DNA of 24,000 bases from a bacterium (GTDB lineage: Bacteria > Zhuqueibacterota > Zhuqueibacteria > Oceanimicrobiales > Oceanimicrobiaceae), in NCBI GenBank assembly GCA_046757165.1, contig JBHHXT010000042.1, positions 6,177 through 30,176 on the forward strand. The letters are read 5' to 3'. Of this stretch, positions 15,467 to 23,866 are shown one piece after another. The notes beneath the pieces are model-generated. The model saw only the letters and a program-made list of their open reading frames with translations, had not been told where the DNA came from and searched no databases. The first letter of the stretch is position 1. Each line of letters begins with the position of its first letter. The translations under genes were made by a program, and so were the position numbers.

Positions 15467-15861
15467 ATGTCGGGCGAATTCAACTCACATCACGGGTCAA
15501 TATCTTGCGGCGAGGAGGATTTTGTTGATTTGTACAAGGCGAGCACCGGCGCCGGGGGCGTGTACAGTGCCTCGTTGATTACCGTGATGGCGATCAACCT
15601 CACCATCATATTTGGTTTGATGCGCACCTTTTCCCTCAAAGCTCAGGACCGGGCAATTCGTGCCGAGGAGAATCTGCGCCACTTTGTCATGAACGCAAAC
15701 GTTTTGACGAGAAGTTGACCATGCGGCAAATCATTGGCTTACGTTTTGCATCTGACGCCGAGTTTTTGGTCATGGAAAAGCGCGCTGTGGCTGAGAACTT
15801 GTCTGAGGACGATATCAAGAAAGCCGTCAAGACCTGGAGAGCCGATACGTACCGGGTTTGA
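15467..15861 (+). pseudogene. small conserved-looking membrane protein split by a single-nt frameshift
   Basis: Frame 1 (ATG 15467, track ORF 15401-15718) reads ...SLITVMAINLTIIFGLMRTFSLKAQDRAIRAEENLRHFVMNANVLTRS and then stops. A second frame continues without a gap as KRFDEKLTMRQIIGLRFASDAEFLVMEKRAVAENLSEDDIKKAVKTWRADTYRV, with its stop at 15859-15861. Restoring one A in the AAA run at 15697-15699 joins the two. The LRFASD...WRAD tail resembles a DUF family I recall only vaguely. Confidence 0.5.
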
Positions 15862-15908
15862 ACAACGGTGGCCTGCGCCGCTCACGCAGGGGTCTCGGAC
15901 GAAAGCCC

Positions 15909-16943
15909 CTATTTCAACTTCAGGCCCGGCCACTCCCGGATCGGCGTGGTCGACTTGACGATATGCATTCCGGCAGCGGCAAACCGCTCAAATGCCTGGT
16001 CAGCCGTTTCCGTGTAGTCGATGACTTCGGGAATGACGACGGACGACATACAGTCCTCGAGCAGGTAAACTCTCTGTGCCAATCTGATGTCTGACATTTG
16101 AATCGATTTGAGCAAATCGTCGATGGTCCAGGCAATGCAGTGGCTTTTGGCCTGGCCGGCGATGATGACCGCGTCAAATTGCAGCAGCTTTTGGACAAAC
16201 GCGGTGTTGCGATGCGCTATGGTGCTCCCCTCGTGGTCGTCGACGACCTCCGGGCTCAACACCGAGTAGTTCTCTGTCAATGGGTTGTTGCCCTTGATCT
16301 GATAATCCGGTTGGGCATAGCGGGCGATGCTGTGAAAAAAGATCGCCTCTTCCACGGCAGAGACCACCGCATGTCCGATTCCGCCCAGCATCGCATGATA
16401 GGGCCAGATGGTCAAATCGTACTTGCCGCCCTGGTGCAATTTTTGAACATAATGTTCAAGCAACCTCTGGCCATATTTTTTGTCGACATCCAAGCTTTGA
16501 GAAAGCTCGGGGTTGAATCGCCACCTGCCCTCCTGAACATCCTCGACAGAAACCAGAGTGAAGGGCGGAGGGTGCTCGCCGTTCTTGTCTACCAAAAAGA
16601 TGCTGTGGAAAATCTGAAGCGCCTGATGCGTGTCCAGTGTGGGGCACATCTCTGAAATGCAGTCGAGGTTTCGATAGATGAACTCACATAGGCGGCGATT
16701 ATCCTCAACCGCACCGATTCCAGACCGGCCGCCAACAAACAATTCATACCCGGGGATACAAAAGGTGTTCTGAACATCTACCAGCATCAAACAGATACGC
16801 ATTCTGTCTTGTGCTGCGGGTTTGATCTTGAATTGATTCCGACAGACCGCGGCTTCCGCGGCGCGTGTCTGGTAAGGAACTTTCCAGACCTCCCCGACTC
16901 GCTGGGGATCGAAATAGGGTGGAATGGGTAGTGCTTTTTTCAT
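15909..16943 (-). CDS. long nicotinamidase/isochorismatase-superfamily cysteine hydrolase
   Basis: The track ORF begins at a TTG (16964). I prefer the ATG at 16943 ([11 protein letters not shown]). [12 protein letters not shown] matches the D-x-Q-x-D/T-F motif. [16 protein letters not shown] is a metal-site-like D-x-H...[15 protein letters not shown] carries the catalytic Cys. At about 344 aa it is much longer than a typical 200-aa PncA. Confidence 0.7.
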   Translation of the reverse strand: MKKALPIPPYFDPQRVGEVWKVPYQTRAAEAAVCRNQFKIKPAAQDRMRICLMLVDVQNTFCIPGYELFVGGRSGIGAVEDNRRLCEFIYRNLDCISEMCPTLDTHQALQIFHSIFLVDKNGEHPPPFTLVSVEDVQEGRWRFNPELSQSLDVDKKYGQRLLEHYVQKLHQGGKYDLTIWPYHAMLGGIGHAVVSAVEEAIFFHSIARYAQPDYQIKGNNPLTENYSVLSPEVVDDHEGSTIAHRNTAFVQKLLQFDAVIIAGQAKSHCIAWTIDDLLKSIQMSDIRLAQRVYLLEDCMSSVVIPEVIDYTETADQAFERFAAAGMHIVKSTTPIREWPGLKLK

Positions 16944-16975
16944 GTCTCTATTCCGCCTGCCCAATACTGGAGGTC

Positions 16976-17003
16976 AGAAAAAAACACCGTTACAAACGGT
17001 GTT
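16976..17003 (-). terminator. canonical intrinsic terminator lying inside the 5' leader of the nicotinamidase-like gene
   Basis: The minus strand reads AACACCGTT-TGT-AACGGTGTT followed directly by TTTTTCT, a perfect 9-bp stem with 7 consecutive T including the stem end. It ends only about 33 nt upstream of the ATG at 16943. Confidence 0.55.
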
Positions 17004-17137
17004 GCATCTGAGCCTTGATTTCGTAAGAGTCCCCACAACCCAGATGCATCGGGGTTGCTTCAAATGACGGAAACGTTCAGGCGGAGCGTAAGAATCAGCG
17101 AGCGAAGCGAGCGTATTTTTACCTCACGCCAGCAAGC

Positions 17138-17204
17138 TGCAAAAATACGCCCCGACTTTCATTATTACATTTTACAGCAAGGAATATCGGGGCTGATTTT
17201 TGCA
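17138..17204. repeat. 18-bp imperfect inverted repeat flanking a 31-bp AT-rich spacer
   Basis: TGCAAAAATACGCCCCGA (17138-17155) pairs with TCGGGGCTGATTTTTGCA (17187-17204), 16 of 18 complementary. A-tract, GC stem and T-tract are symmetrical, as in a bidirectional terminator, but the loop is unusually large. CGTATTTTT at 17112-17120 can pair instead with AAAAATACG at 17141-17149. Confidence 0.5.
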
Positions 17205-17327
17205 CTCCATCCCCAACAACCGTTTCCTGAAAGTTCACCTTTTCACGCGCTCTGAGGAGAGTGGGTCTCACGCGCCACAACGTAAGCCGGGAGAAGGTGG
17301 GAGGTTCCGGCATTCGCCGGAAGGCCA

Positions 17328-18554
17328 TTATTTTGCCTCCACTCGCTTGCAAAATTTCTCCCAGGCTGCAATCGTGAGGTCGGTGAGTTCCGTGCAGCTT
17401 TCTATGATTTCTGCTTCATAATGGTCCAGGAATCGAATTTGCTCACGCCGGAGTTGAACGTCCAACGGTGCGGCGATCTGATTGGTGTGTCCTCTCCCGA
17501 GCTGTACGCCGACATCGAAAGCAATTTCTGCCATCTCCTCAAGGGAGTGAAAGGATTCCTCTATTTCTATCTCTCTATAATTGTCCACCCAGGAATGCAC
17601 CCAGAAACTCATGTCGTCTAACCACAGGTAGCCCAGAAATCTGTAGGGCTCATAAGCGATGCGTGCCTGCCCAATGAGCACCCGAAAAGGATCGTTCTTT
17701 TGTGAAATGGTAATGCAGTCGATGGCACTCAAGTCCCGTACTTGCTTGACCTCCAGGACAACATCATCGAGCGCATCGTTGCTTTCCCCTTCGATGCGCA
17801 CCAGGAATTTGCGGTCGCGCGCACTGCCGATACCGAGTTTGAGATAGCCAACCTGCTTTATCCCGAAGAAATCCGCCGCGAGGTTCGGTTTGTCCAGGCG
17901 AATCGTCTCGATGTAGGGTTGCATGGCCGCCACCAGGTTCTCCTGCTCAGCATCTGGCATGGGTTCCATAATGGATTGCACCCAGGCGAAGTATTTTTCC
18001 CGGTTGAATTTGAATCTGGTCTTAATGCGCGCAACCAATGAAGGAATCGGCGCCTCGGTTGCCGGATCCATCAGAGCGGCACGATATCCCCGGAGGAACG
18101 TTCCATACAGTTGCTCGGCGTGCTCGCACCAGCCGTTTTCCCGGCAAGCCAGATGGAGTGAAACGCCAAAGCGCATCAAATCGATCACGGCCGGTCCGCT
18201 CGATGAATCATCGAAGTCGGTCAGTCCACGACCCAGATCGGTAATGGCATATTGCTCGATGTGAGCATCGCCGTGCAGGTTGAAAGCAGGCGTGCCGCGC
18301 AACAGGGGGCCGGACCGACGGCAGATTTCCTGGCTGAACGGAATGTTGATAAAGCGAAAATACCCGTGTGGGCTTGCCAGAATGCGTTTAAGCAACGCGG
18401 GGTTGTGGGAAAAATCGTACTGGGCGGGCTGGGAGTACAGCGGATTTGGCGCCGTGTCATCACCGGCTTGTGCAAGGGCACCCGTGCATGAAAGCAGGAA
18501 ACAAAACAGGTGAACGGATGCTATCTTGCCAGCCTTCCGCATAGCCATCCTCAT
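17328..18554 (-). CDS. secreted or lipoprotein DUF2252-like (protein-kinase-fold) protein
   Basis: 408 aa. N-terminal signal with a possible lipobox (FLLSC). FNLHGDAHIEQYAITDLGRGLTDFDDSSSGPAVIDLMRFGVSL resembles the DUF2252 core (GDxHxxNFG...DFDE...DLxRL). Confidence 0.6.
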   Translation of the reverse strand: MRMAMRKAGKIASVHLFCFLLSCTGALAQAGDDTAPNPLYSQPAQYDFSHNPALLKRILASPHGYFRFINIPFSQEICRRSGPLLRGTPAFNLHGDAHIEQYAITDLGRGLTDFDDSSSGPAVIDLMRFGVSLHLACRENGWCEHAEQLYGTFLRGYRAALMDPATEAPIPSLVARIKTRFKFNREKYFAWVQSIMEPMPDAEQENLVAAMQPYIETIRLDKPNLAADFFGIKQVGYLKLGIGSARDRKFLVRIEGESNDALDDVVLEVKQVRDLSAIDCITISQKNDPFRVLIGQARIAYEPYRFLGYLWLDDMSFWVHSWVDNYREIEIEESFHSLEEMAEIAFDVGVQLGRGHTNQIAAPLDVQLRREQIRFLDHYEAEIIESCTELTDLTIAAWEKFCKRVEAK

Positions 18555-18802
18555 TCGTTAGTCGTTTTCGAAATAGAAATCAAGCGCCGTCAGGACCTGT
18601 GCACAGAAATATAGCAATGGCCTGCAACAATTGCAACCACTTTGTCCTGTGCCGGGGCAGCTATTGCAATTCGTCAATCATTCTTGCCTGCCGGCAACTG
18701 GTATGATGATTCTGATAAATCTTTGTTTTTCTGATAGTTTTACCGATTCATTAAGGTGGATTATTGCACAGGATGGCCTGCGAGAAAGGACGCTCATAAA
18801 GA

Positions 18803-21800
18803 ATGAAAAGGTGGTTGCTCTCCTCAGTCGTGTTGATTGGGGCCTGCCTGCTGATCTTCAAGAATTTTCCTTCCGGACACTCACAACCAAACCAGGCCCA
18901 GAAGTTTGCGACCGGGAGCCCGGAGGACCCGGAAGCACGGGCCCGGTTCGAAAAGATGCGTTTGCAGGACCCGCGGACCCGGAGCATCCCGCCTGGAATT
19001 CGCGCAGCGGAATTGCGATTTGTCAGGACCCTCCCGAAAACAGGGTCTGTCGCCCTCGACCCGGGAGGTGGACATTCTCATAGCCGACCGTTGAGATGGC
19101 AGCAGCGTGGCCCGTCCAATATTAGCGGACGAACGCGCGCCCTCGCCTATGATGTTTCCAATCCAAACATCATCCTGGCCGGGGGAGTCACCGGCGGCAT
19201 GTGGCGTTCCCTCGATGGCGGCCAGAGCTGGGTGCGGACAACCGGTGCTCAGCAACACCCTTCGGTCACCGCTCTGGTTCAGGATGTCCGTCCGGGCAAG
19301 ACAAATGTCTGGTATGTTGGCAGCGGAGAACGCAAAGGCAACAGCGCCAGCGCTGGCGGTGCTCTTTTCATGGGCGACGGCATTTTCAAATCAACAGACG
19401 GCGGTGCCTCCTGGCGCTTGCTGCCGGCCACGGCTTCGGGTCAGCCGCAGAGATTCGATAACTTCTTCGACTATGTCTGGAATCTGGCCACCGATGCTTC
19501 GAATCTCCAGCAAGACGAAGTTTACGTGGCCACTCATAACACCATCCGGCGCAGCCTGGACGGCGGCGCGACATGGCAAATCGTTCTGGGCGACCGCTCT
19601 CTGACGAGCCACTATGCCGACGTCGCCGTGACCTCTACCGGAGTCGTTTACGCAGCCTTCGGCAGCGGCGGGTCGACAAAAGGCCTCTGGCGTTCCACGG
19701 ATGGCGCGCCGCAAAACTGGACTGAAATTACGCCCGCCGGCTGGTCGGCGGCCTACAATCGCATCGTCATGGGCATTGCGCCCTCGAACGAAGCCGTCGT
19801 TTATTTTCTGGTGGAAACACCGTGGGATGGTGCGCTGAAACATCAGTTGTGGCGCTACACTTACCTCGGGGAGGATGGCTCCGGGGCAGGCGGCGAGTGG
19901 CTGAACCTGACCGAGAACTTGCCGGCATTCGGCTCTCCAGTCGGCAATTTTGACTCCCAAGATTCCTATGATATGCTGGTGCGCGTACACCCGCAGCAAG
20001 AAAATGTCGTCTTTCTCGGCGGCACCAATCTTTACCGCTCGAGCGATGGCTTCCTGACCAGCGAAGCCATTGCCTGGATCGGGGGATATGCTCCGGCAAA
20101 CAATGTCACCTCTTACAAAGGTCACCACCCCGACCAGCACGCGCTCGCCTTCCATCCTCAGCAGCCCAACGTGATGCTTTCCGGCCACGATGGCGGCATC
20201 AGCATCACCCACGATAACCTGGCCGAAACCGTCATGTGGGACTCCCTGAATCACGGCTATGTCACGACGCAGTTCTACACCATCGCGCTGGACCCTGCCA
20301 CGCCTGGCAGCGATCTTCTCATCGGCGGGATGCAGGACAACGGCACCTGGCTCAGCAAGGATTCCGATGGTGGCGTGCCCTGGACTCCGGTGTTTGCCGG
20401 CGACGGGGCTTTCTGCGCCCTGGCGCCTGGCGGCGACACCTGCTATGTTTCAGTTCAGCTCGGTACGGTTTTTCGTCTGGCCCTCGATGGTTCAGGCCAC
20501 GTGCTCTCATCTGCGAATGTGACCCCTGCTGATGCAACGGGCTTCTTGTTTATCAATCCCTTTGTTCTGGATCCGCATGACGCCCACGTCATGTACCTTG
20601 CGGCCGGCAACCGTGTCTGGCGCAACCACGATCTGAGCCGCATTCCGGCATCTGAGCAAAAAACCCTGGTCAACTGGAGGCCGGTTGCAAAGATTGCAGA
20701 CTCGGACGCCAGGGTGACAGCACTCGGCATCTCGCGGGAACCGGCAAACCGGCTTTACTACGGCACCAATGATGGCCGCGTCTATCGCGTCGATAACGCA
20801 GCGCGGAACCAGACAACACCAGGGTTGGTGAGCGGTGAGGACGAGCTGCCCGCAGCTTACATCAACTGCATCGCAGTCGACCCCACAGACGCAGATCGAG
20901 TGGCCGTGGTCTTTTCGAACTACAATGTGCCGAGCCTGTTCTTCTCGGCCGATGGGGGAGAAACCTGGCAGCAGGTCAGCGGCAATCTGGAGGAATTCCC
21001 GGATGGTTCTGGCAGCGGGCCGTCAACGCGGTGGATGGCAATTGTGCCACAGGGGAACGCGACGCATTATTTTGTCGGCACCAGCACCGGGCTGTATTCC
21101 ACGACATCCCTCGATGGCCCGGCCACAGTCTGGATTCAGGAGGGGGCGACCACCATTGGCAACGCCGTGGTAGCCATGGTCGCTGCCCGTCTCCCGGACG
21201 GCCTGGTGGTGGCCGCGACTCATGGACGCGGGGTGTTCGCTGCGCGGCTCGCTGCGCGCACAAATGTTGAATTCACTTCGTTTGAGGCAGAGCTTCTCCC
21301 CGGCACGTTCGACGTAAGGCTCGCCTGGCGAACGGCGGCTGAGCTGAACACGGCCGGCTTTGAAATCGAAAGACGAGAAGACAACCAGGAGGCCTGGGCG
21401 ACGATTGGATTTGTGCCGGGAACCGGCACGGTTGCCGGCGGCGAATATGTGTTCGTCGATGACGTCACCTCTCTGATTGCAAGGAACGTGGCCGAGGTTT
21501 CGTATCGGTTGAAACATGTTAGCCAGGACGGGACCGCAGAGCTCTCGCACGAGATCGTGGTGCCGGTGGAGGTGGTGCCGGTCGCGCTGGTTGATTTCAG
21601 CGGCGATCTGCAAAACGAGAGCCTCACGGTGCGGCTGGAATGGCACACGGCACTGGAGGTGCAAAGCAAACGGTTTCTCATCGAAAGAAGGGGCGGCTCC
21701 GGCAACGACGAGTGGCATGAAATCGGCGTCCGCGCCGGCCAGGGCACCACCGATGAACCAAGCCACTACTTGTTTGCTGAAAATGTCGCAGGACTGCATG

Positions 21801-22192
21801 AATCGGGAGTCAAAACCCTCACCTACCGTCTGATGCACGAAACCTCGGACGGGCGCGCAAGTGTCCTTGGAGCGGTGGAAATTGACCTGCCCGCTCCGCC
21901 ATCAAGATTTGCCCTGCAGCAGAATTATCCCAATCCGTTCAACCCAACCACCCGCTTCGTCTATGAACTGCCAGCTCCTGGCCACGTGAAACTCGAAATC
22001 TACAACCTGCTCGGCCAGAGCGTGGCCATCCTCGTCAATGAAGAACAAAGCCGTGGGCGCCACACGTTGGTCTGGGATGCGTCTCAAAGTGGGCTGGCAT
22101 CAGGGGTGTATTTTTATAGAATTGAAGTGACCGCGGTCGATGGCCGTCAAAAGAAGAGGACGGACATCAGGAAGTTGGTGTTTGCGAAGTAA
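18803..22192 (+). CDS. large secreted BNR/Asp-box beta-propeller protein (sortilin/VPS10/GH74-like) with two tandem ~100-aa domains and a T9SS C-terminal sorting domain
   Basis: 1129 aa with a signal peptide. Repeated Asp-boxes: SLDGGQSW, STDGGASW, SLDGGATW, STDGAPQNW, SADGGETW. GGMQDNGT and HPDQHALAFHP blocks. Tandem repeats at nt 21266-21568 and 21581-21889. C-terminal FALQQNYPNPFNPTT...GVYFYRIEV...KLVFAK is a type-A T9SS sorting domain. Confidence 0.85.
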   Translation: MKRWLLSSVVLIGACLLIFKNFPSGHSQPNQAQKFATGSPEDPEARARFEKMRLQDPRTRSIPPGIRAAELRFVRTLPKTGSVALDPGGGHSHSRPLRWQQRGPSNISGRTRALAYDVSNPNIILAGGVTGGMWRSLDGGQSWVRTTGAQQHPSVTALVQDVRPGKTNVWYVGSGERKGNSASAGGALFMGDGIFKSTDGGASWRLLPATASGQPQRFDNFFDYVWNLATDASNLQQDEVYVATHNTIRRSLDGGATWQIVLGDRSLTSHYADVAVTSTGVVYAAFGSGGSTKGLWRSTDGAPQNWTEITPAGWSAAYNRIVMGIAPSNEAVVYFLVETPWDGALKHQLWRYTYLGEDGSGAGGEWLNLTENLPAFGSPVGNFDSQDSYDMLVRVHPQQENVVFLGGTNLYRSSDGFLTSEAIAWIGGYAPANNVTSYKGHHPDQHALAFHPQQPNVMLSGHDGGISITHDNLAETVMWDSLNHGYVTTQFYTIALDPATPGSDLLIGGMQDNGTWLSKDSDGGVPWTPVFAGDGAFCALAPGGDTCYVSVQLGTVFRLALDGSGHVLSSANVTPADATGFLFINPFVLDPHDAHVMYLAAGNRVWRNHDLSRIPASEQKTLVNWRPVAKIADSDARVTALGISREPANRLYYGTNDGRVYRVDNAARNQTTPGLVSGEDELPAAYINCIAVDPTDADRVAVVFSNYNVPSLFFSADGGETWQQVSGNLEEFPDGSGSGPSTRWMAIVPQGNATHYFVGTSTGLYSTTSLDGPATVWIQEGATTIGNAVVAMVAARLPDGLVVAATHGRGVFAARLAARTNVEFTSFEAELLPGTFDVRLAWRTAAELNTAGFEIERREDNQEAWATIGFVPGTGTVAGGEYVFVDDVTSLIARNVAEVSYRLKHVSQDGTAELSHEIVVPVEVVPVALVDFSGDLQNESLTVRLEWHTALEVQSKRFLIERRGGSGNDEWHEIGVRAGQGTTDEPSHYLFAENVAGLHESGVKTLTYRLMHETSDGRASVLGAVEIDLPAPPSRFALQQNYPNPFNPTTRFVYELPAPGHVKLEIYNLLGQSVAILVNEEQSRGRHTLVWDASQSGLASGVYFYRIEVTAVDGRQKKRTDIRKLVFAK

Positions 22193-22206
22193 GTGAAGTA
22201 ATGTTC

Positions 22207-22593
22207 TTACCAGATAACGTTAACTTGTCGATACCCTTGGACCTTTCTGTCTTTACTTACCAAGCTCACACCATGGTGTAGGCATGTGGCAACGATCATG
22301 CAATCAGCGGGATCGCCGGCGAAATTGCCTGGTAGTCGCGTTGACGACACGATAATTTTGGGCGTGAGTTGCAGTAATCTCAACTTCGGGCGCGCCAGCG
22401 CTTGTTCAATCCAATCTTGAACATCTATCATGAACCCGATTCGTTGTTTGGCAACGAGCATCGCCACTTCCCAGCAAGAGATGACGCTGACTCCGACAGA
22501 ATCATCATGACTGATGATCTCGTGTGCTCTTGAAGATAACCTTTCGTCTTCGTTTACCCACCATATCCAGGCATGTGTGTCAAGCAAAATCAT
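22207..22593 (-). CDS. vapC: PIN-domain toxin VapC
   Basis: The track ORF starts at 22608. The ATG at 22593 gives the classical ATGA overlap with the antitoxin stop. MILLDTHAWIWW...SVISCWEVAML...DPADCMIVATCL...LVSKD carries PIN acidic residues in the usual order. Confidence 0.85.
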   Translation of the reverse strand: MILLDTHAWIWWVNEDERLSSRAHEIISHDDSVGVSVISCWEVAMLVAKQRIGFMIDVQDWIEQALARPKLRLLQLTPKIIVSSTRLPGNFAGDPADCMIVATCLHHGVSLVSKDRKVQGYRQVNVIW

Positions 22594-22817
22594 CGCTGAG
22601 CTTCCCATTCTACATTAATTGCAGAGACGATATCATCCTGAAAGATAATACAGCCCTTAAGCGGATTTTCTTCAGTCTCTCTCGAGTCGGAATAGGGAAC
22701 GACACGAGCAACAGGTTTGCCATACTTCGTCACAACTATCGATTGTTGAGTTCTTGCTACTTCGTCGAGCAAGGACAAGCAATGGGTCTTGAATTTTCCA
22801 GCAGGAATTTGTTTCAT
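22590..22817 (-). CDS. Phd/YefM-family antitoxin
   Basis: 75 aa. MKQIPAGKFKTHCLSLLDEVARTQQSIVVTKYGKPVARVVPY is a typical Phd/YefM N-terminal fold sequence. GAGGA Shine-Dalgarno sequence. Overlaps vapC. Confidence 0.75.
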   Translation of the reverse strand: MKQIPAGKFKTHCLSLLDEVARTQQSIVVTKYGKPVARVVPYSDSRETEENPLKGCIIFQDDIVSAINVEWEAQR

Positions 22818-22939
22818 TTCTATTCCTCACGATATGACCATTAAGTTTGACTATGGTTAGAATAAAATATAAGAATGGTCCACATGAGATGCAAGAGTTT
22901 TGTAGCTATCTTGAATGTCCGGGTTAAGAGTTTCGTAAG

Positions 22940-23620
22940 CTATCCTCGACCTCTCTGGTCCTGTTGTAACTGAACACAAAACCGCCTCAATCTGGACTCA
23001 TCCAGCCGCCCTGCCACACGCACACCACTACAAACATCCAAACCGAACGGTCCGACTTGCTCCACCGCTTTGCGAACATTTTCCGGGTTCAGGCCGCCGG
23101 CCAGATAAGTGGGGACTTCGACCCGCTCGCGAATCTGCCTGCTCAAAGACCAATCGTGCGTCCGCCCGGTGCCGCCGAGCTTCTTGACTTTTGAAACCGG
23201 ATCGCCGGAATCCAACAAAATCGTGTCCACGTGCGGCGCCACAGCCAGCGCTTCTGCAACCGATGCTTCGCCGGTAACATGGACCACCTGCACAATGCCG
23301 ATGCCCGGCAGAGCGGCCCTCAGCTCTTGCTGCCTGCCCTTCTCCAGGCGGTCGACGAGCTGGATCGTGTTTGTACGGCATCTGTGGTGCTGGGCGATGA
23401 TCGCATCGACATCTTGCTTGCTGGTCAGAAGAAAGGTCGCGACTCCTGGTGGCACGGCGGCGGCGATTTCGGCAATCTCTTCTTCTGAAATCACACCGGG
23501 ACCGCTGGGCATGGCAGAAACAAGCCCGAGGGCGCTTGCGCCGTATTTGATAGCCAGCCAGGCCTCTTCCTGGCTTTGAATACAGCAAATCTTGACTCTG
23601 GGAGATGGCGTTGCGTGCAT
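22940..23620 (-). CDS. trpF: phosphoribosylanthranilate isomerase (TrpF-like)
   Basis: 226 aa. VKICCIQSQEEA...GASALGLV at the N-terminus. LGGTGRTHDW, YLAGGLNPENV and GLDVCSGVR match TrpF signature blocks (GGTG..FDW, LAGGL.P.NV, GVDVSSGVE). No other trp genes are visible in the window. Confidence 0.8.
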   Translation of the reverse strand: MHATPSPRVKICCIQSQEEAWLAIKYGASALGLVSAMPSGPGVISEEEIAEIAAAVPPGVATFLLTSKQDVDAIIAQHHRCRTNTIQLVDRLEKGRQQELRAALPGIGIVQVVHVTGEASVAEALAVAPHVDTILLDSGDPVSKVKKLGGTGRTHDWSLSRQIRERVEVPTYLAGGLNPENVRKAVEQVGPFGLDVCSGVRVAGRLDESRLRRFCVQLQQDQRGRG

Positions 23621-23816
23621 GAAAATAACGGCTCTATCTCGATCTGTGTGGGTAGGTACTACTTAACTCCAAATTCTAAAAAAAGCTGCCTGAACGCAAA
23701 ACTCTTGCCCAAAAAAAACAAGAGTTGACTTTTCAGTTCTTAAGCTGTGTTATTCACAAGAGATTAGCAAATATTCCCATAATCGCTTGAGTATGCAATA
23801 CCTTAACGGAATAAAG

Positions 23817-23866
23817 AGGAGTGCAACGCTTTAGCGTTGCATGAAATGCTAAAGCATTTCACTCCT
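23817..23866. repeat. nested palindrome: an outer 7-bp stem enclosing two adjacent perfect 9-bp hairpins
   Basis: The outer stem AGGAGTG...CACTCCT brackets TGCAACGCT-TT-AGCGTTGCA (23822-23841) and TGAAATGCT-AA-AGCATTTCA (23842-23861). The hairpin cores GCTTTAGC and GCTAAAGC are reverse complements of each other. The element lies in an AT-rich intergenic region upstream of trpF. Confidence 0.5.

Noticed and set aside
19391-21838. Long antisense ORFs (19391-20254, 21023-21838, 21220-21750) inside the BNR/T9SS gene
   Set aside because: Same shadow-ORF explanation. The plus-strand frame carries repeated Asp-boxes and a sorting domain throughout.
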